Shown in pieces: positions 62,679-64,000 of a stretch of 64,000 nt of DNA. The notes under the pieces are model-generated. The model saw only the letters and a list, made by a program, of their open reading frames with translations, searched no databases and had not been told where the DNA came from. The DNA is taken from assembly GCA_021844425.1 (NCBI GenBank), contig JAKBTL010000042.1:2133-66132 (forward strand), in the 5' to 3' direction. The translations under genes were made by a program, and so were the position numbers. Position 1 is the first letter of the stretch; every line of letters begins with the position of its first letter. This DNA comes from Actinomycetes bacterium. GTDB lineage: Bacteria; Actinomycetota; Acidimicrobiia; Acidimicrobiales; RAAP-2.

Positions 62679-64000
62679 TCAGAGGTACTGGCCGGTCCCC
62701 ACCCGCTCGATCGCACGCCCGCCGCGCCCGTCGCGTTCCTCGCTCATGAGGGTGCGCACGTAGACGATCCGCTCCCCCTTCTTGCCCGAGATCCTCGCCC
62801 AGTCGTCGGGGTTGGTCGTGTTGGGCAGGTCCTCGTTCTCCTTGTACTCCTGACGGATGGAGGCGACGAGGTCCGAGGTGCGGATGCCCCTCCCCTCCCT
62901 CGCGATCTCGCGTTTGATCGCGAGCTTCTTGGCGCGTCGCACGATGTTCTCGATCATCGCCCCGGAGGCGAAATCCCGGTAGTAGAGGACCTCTTTGTCG
63001 CCGTTCTGGTAGGTGACCTCGAGGAAGCGGTTCTCGTCGTCGGCACGGTACATGTCTGCGACCGTCGCCTCGATCATCGCCTGGGCCGCCTTCTCGGGGT
63101 CGCCTCCGCCGAGGCGGTCGACTTCCTCGGCATCGAGAGGCAGGTCGGCGCGGAGGTACCTCGAGAAGATCTGGGCAGCGGCCTCGGCGTTGGGTCGCTC
63201 GATCTTGATCTTGACGTCCAGGCGTCCCGGTCGCAGGATCGCCGGGTCGATGAGGTCCTCCCGGTTGGAGGCGCCGATCACGATCACGTCCCGCAACGCC
63301 TCCACGCCGTCGATCTCCGCCAGCAGCTGCGGGACGATCGTCGACTCCATGTCCGAGCTGATCCCGGTGCCCCTCGTGCGGAAGAGAGAGTCCATCTCGT
63401 CGAAGAAGACGATGACGGGCACGCCTTCTTCCGCCTTCTCCCGGGCGCGCTGGAAGACGAGGCGGATCTGGCGCTCCGTCTCCCCGACGTACTTGTTCAG
63501 GAGCTCTGGCCCCTTGATGTTCAAGAAGTAGCTCCGCACGTTGGCGTTGCCGGTCGCCTCTGCGACCTTCTTGGCGAGGGAATTGGCGACGGCCTTGGCG
63601 ATGAGGGTCTTGCCGCACCCGGGCGGGCCGTAGAGGAGGATGCCCTTGGGCGCAGGCAGCCGGTAGTCGTTGAAGAGCGCGCGATGCAGGTACGGCAGCT
63701 CCACGGCGTCGGTGATCGCCTCGATCTGGGTGTCGAGGCCGCCGACGTCCGCGTACGTGATGTCCGGCACCTCTTCCAAGACGAGCTCTTCGACCTCGGG
63801 ACGCGGGAGCTTCTCGATGATGAGGCGGCTGCGAGCGTCCATGAGCAGCGTGTCGCCCGCGCGCAGGCGGACCTCGGCCATCGCGTCGGACAGCTCCACT
63901 ACCTGCTCTTCGTCGGCGCGGACGAAGACGGCCACGCGGCGTCCCGGGTCGAGCACCTCCTTCAGGGTGACCACATCGCCGGCGAGCTCGCCGGGGCGCG
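62679..64000 (-). CDS. mpa: Proteasome-associated AAA ATPase Mpa/ARC (5' end outside the window)
   Basis: Walker A GPPGCGKT, Walker [11 protein letters not shown]-terminal GTGQYL proteasome-docking motif. The reading frame is still open at 64000. Confidence 0.92.
   Translation of the reverse strand, partial: RPGELAGDVVTLKEVLDPGRRVAVFVRADEEQVVELSDAMAEVRLRAGDTLLMDARSRLIIEKLPRPEVEELVLEEVPDITYADVGGLDTQIEAITDAVELPYLHRALFNDYRLPAPKGILLYGPPGCGKTLIAKAVANSLAKKVAEATGNANVRSYFLNIKGPELLNKYVGETERQIRLVFQRAREKAEEGVPVIVFFDEMDSLFRTRGTGISSDMESTIVPQLLAEIDGVEALRDVIVIGASNREDLIDPAILRPGRLDVKIKIERPNAEAAAQIFSRYLRADLPLDAEEVDRLGGGDPEKAAQAMIEATVADMYRADDENRFLEVTYQNGDKEVLYYRDFASGAMIENIVRRAKKLAIKREIAREGRGIRTSDLVASIRQEYKENEDLPNTTNPDDWARISGKKGERIVYVRTLMSEERDGRGGRAIERVGTGQYL

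Overview
Very high-GC actinobacterial (Actinomycetota) chromosomal segment; GC was judged by eye, not computed. I can support about 57 protein-coding genes. I recognised no rRNA, tRNA, IS element, integrase or CRISPR array. Left third: an MBL-Rieske fusion, an ABC-2 exporter pair, an Arg-rich/TPR protein, fbaB, korAB, DUF1015, a CDP-alcohol phosphatidyltransferase and a sugar nucleotidyltransferase/phosphomutase fusion. Next comes the conserved actinobacterial block gcvH - garA-like FHA - MerR - bifunctional nuclease ... MerR - gcvT - gcvPA - gcvPB, interrupted by an AcuI-like reductase, membrane proteins, thiD/thiG and an FTR1 iron permease. Centre, the most interesting part: an approximately 800-nt mostly non-coding zone holds an orphan 4Fe-4S ferredoxin motif, a TatA-like mini-gene and two tandem arrays. 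It precedes a 7-gene translationally coupled hydrogenase-4/formate-hydrogenlyase-type operon. In that operon the large and small catalytic subunits have lost every NiFe and proximal Fe-S cysteine ligand (Ehr-like), and the last gene is a coupled USP gene. A dynamin-like GTPase follows, divergent from two coupled MutS-domain-V ATPase paralogues with atypical Walker B motifs. Right third: uppS, a GGDEF-EAL protein, a large membrane protein, ppa, a GNAT, DUF4193, a double-length thyX, helY-tatC-tatA/B-lepB, and a compact pafA-prcA-prcB-pup-dop-mpa pupylation/proteasome cluster (mpa runs off the window). The whole window is saturated with near-perfect short tandem repeats (33 arrays found by eye). 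Units are multiples of 3 inside genes and unconstrained between genes. Many long ORFs in the supplied track are antisense or out-of-frame artefacts of the GC content and are not reported.
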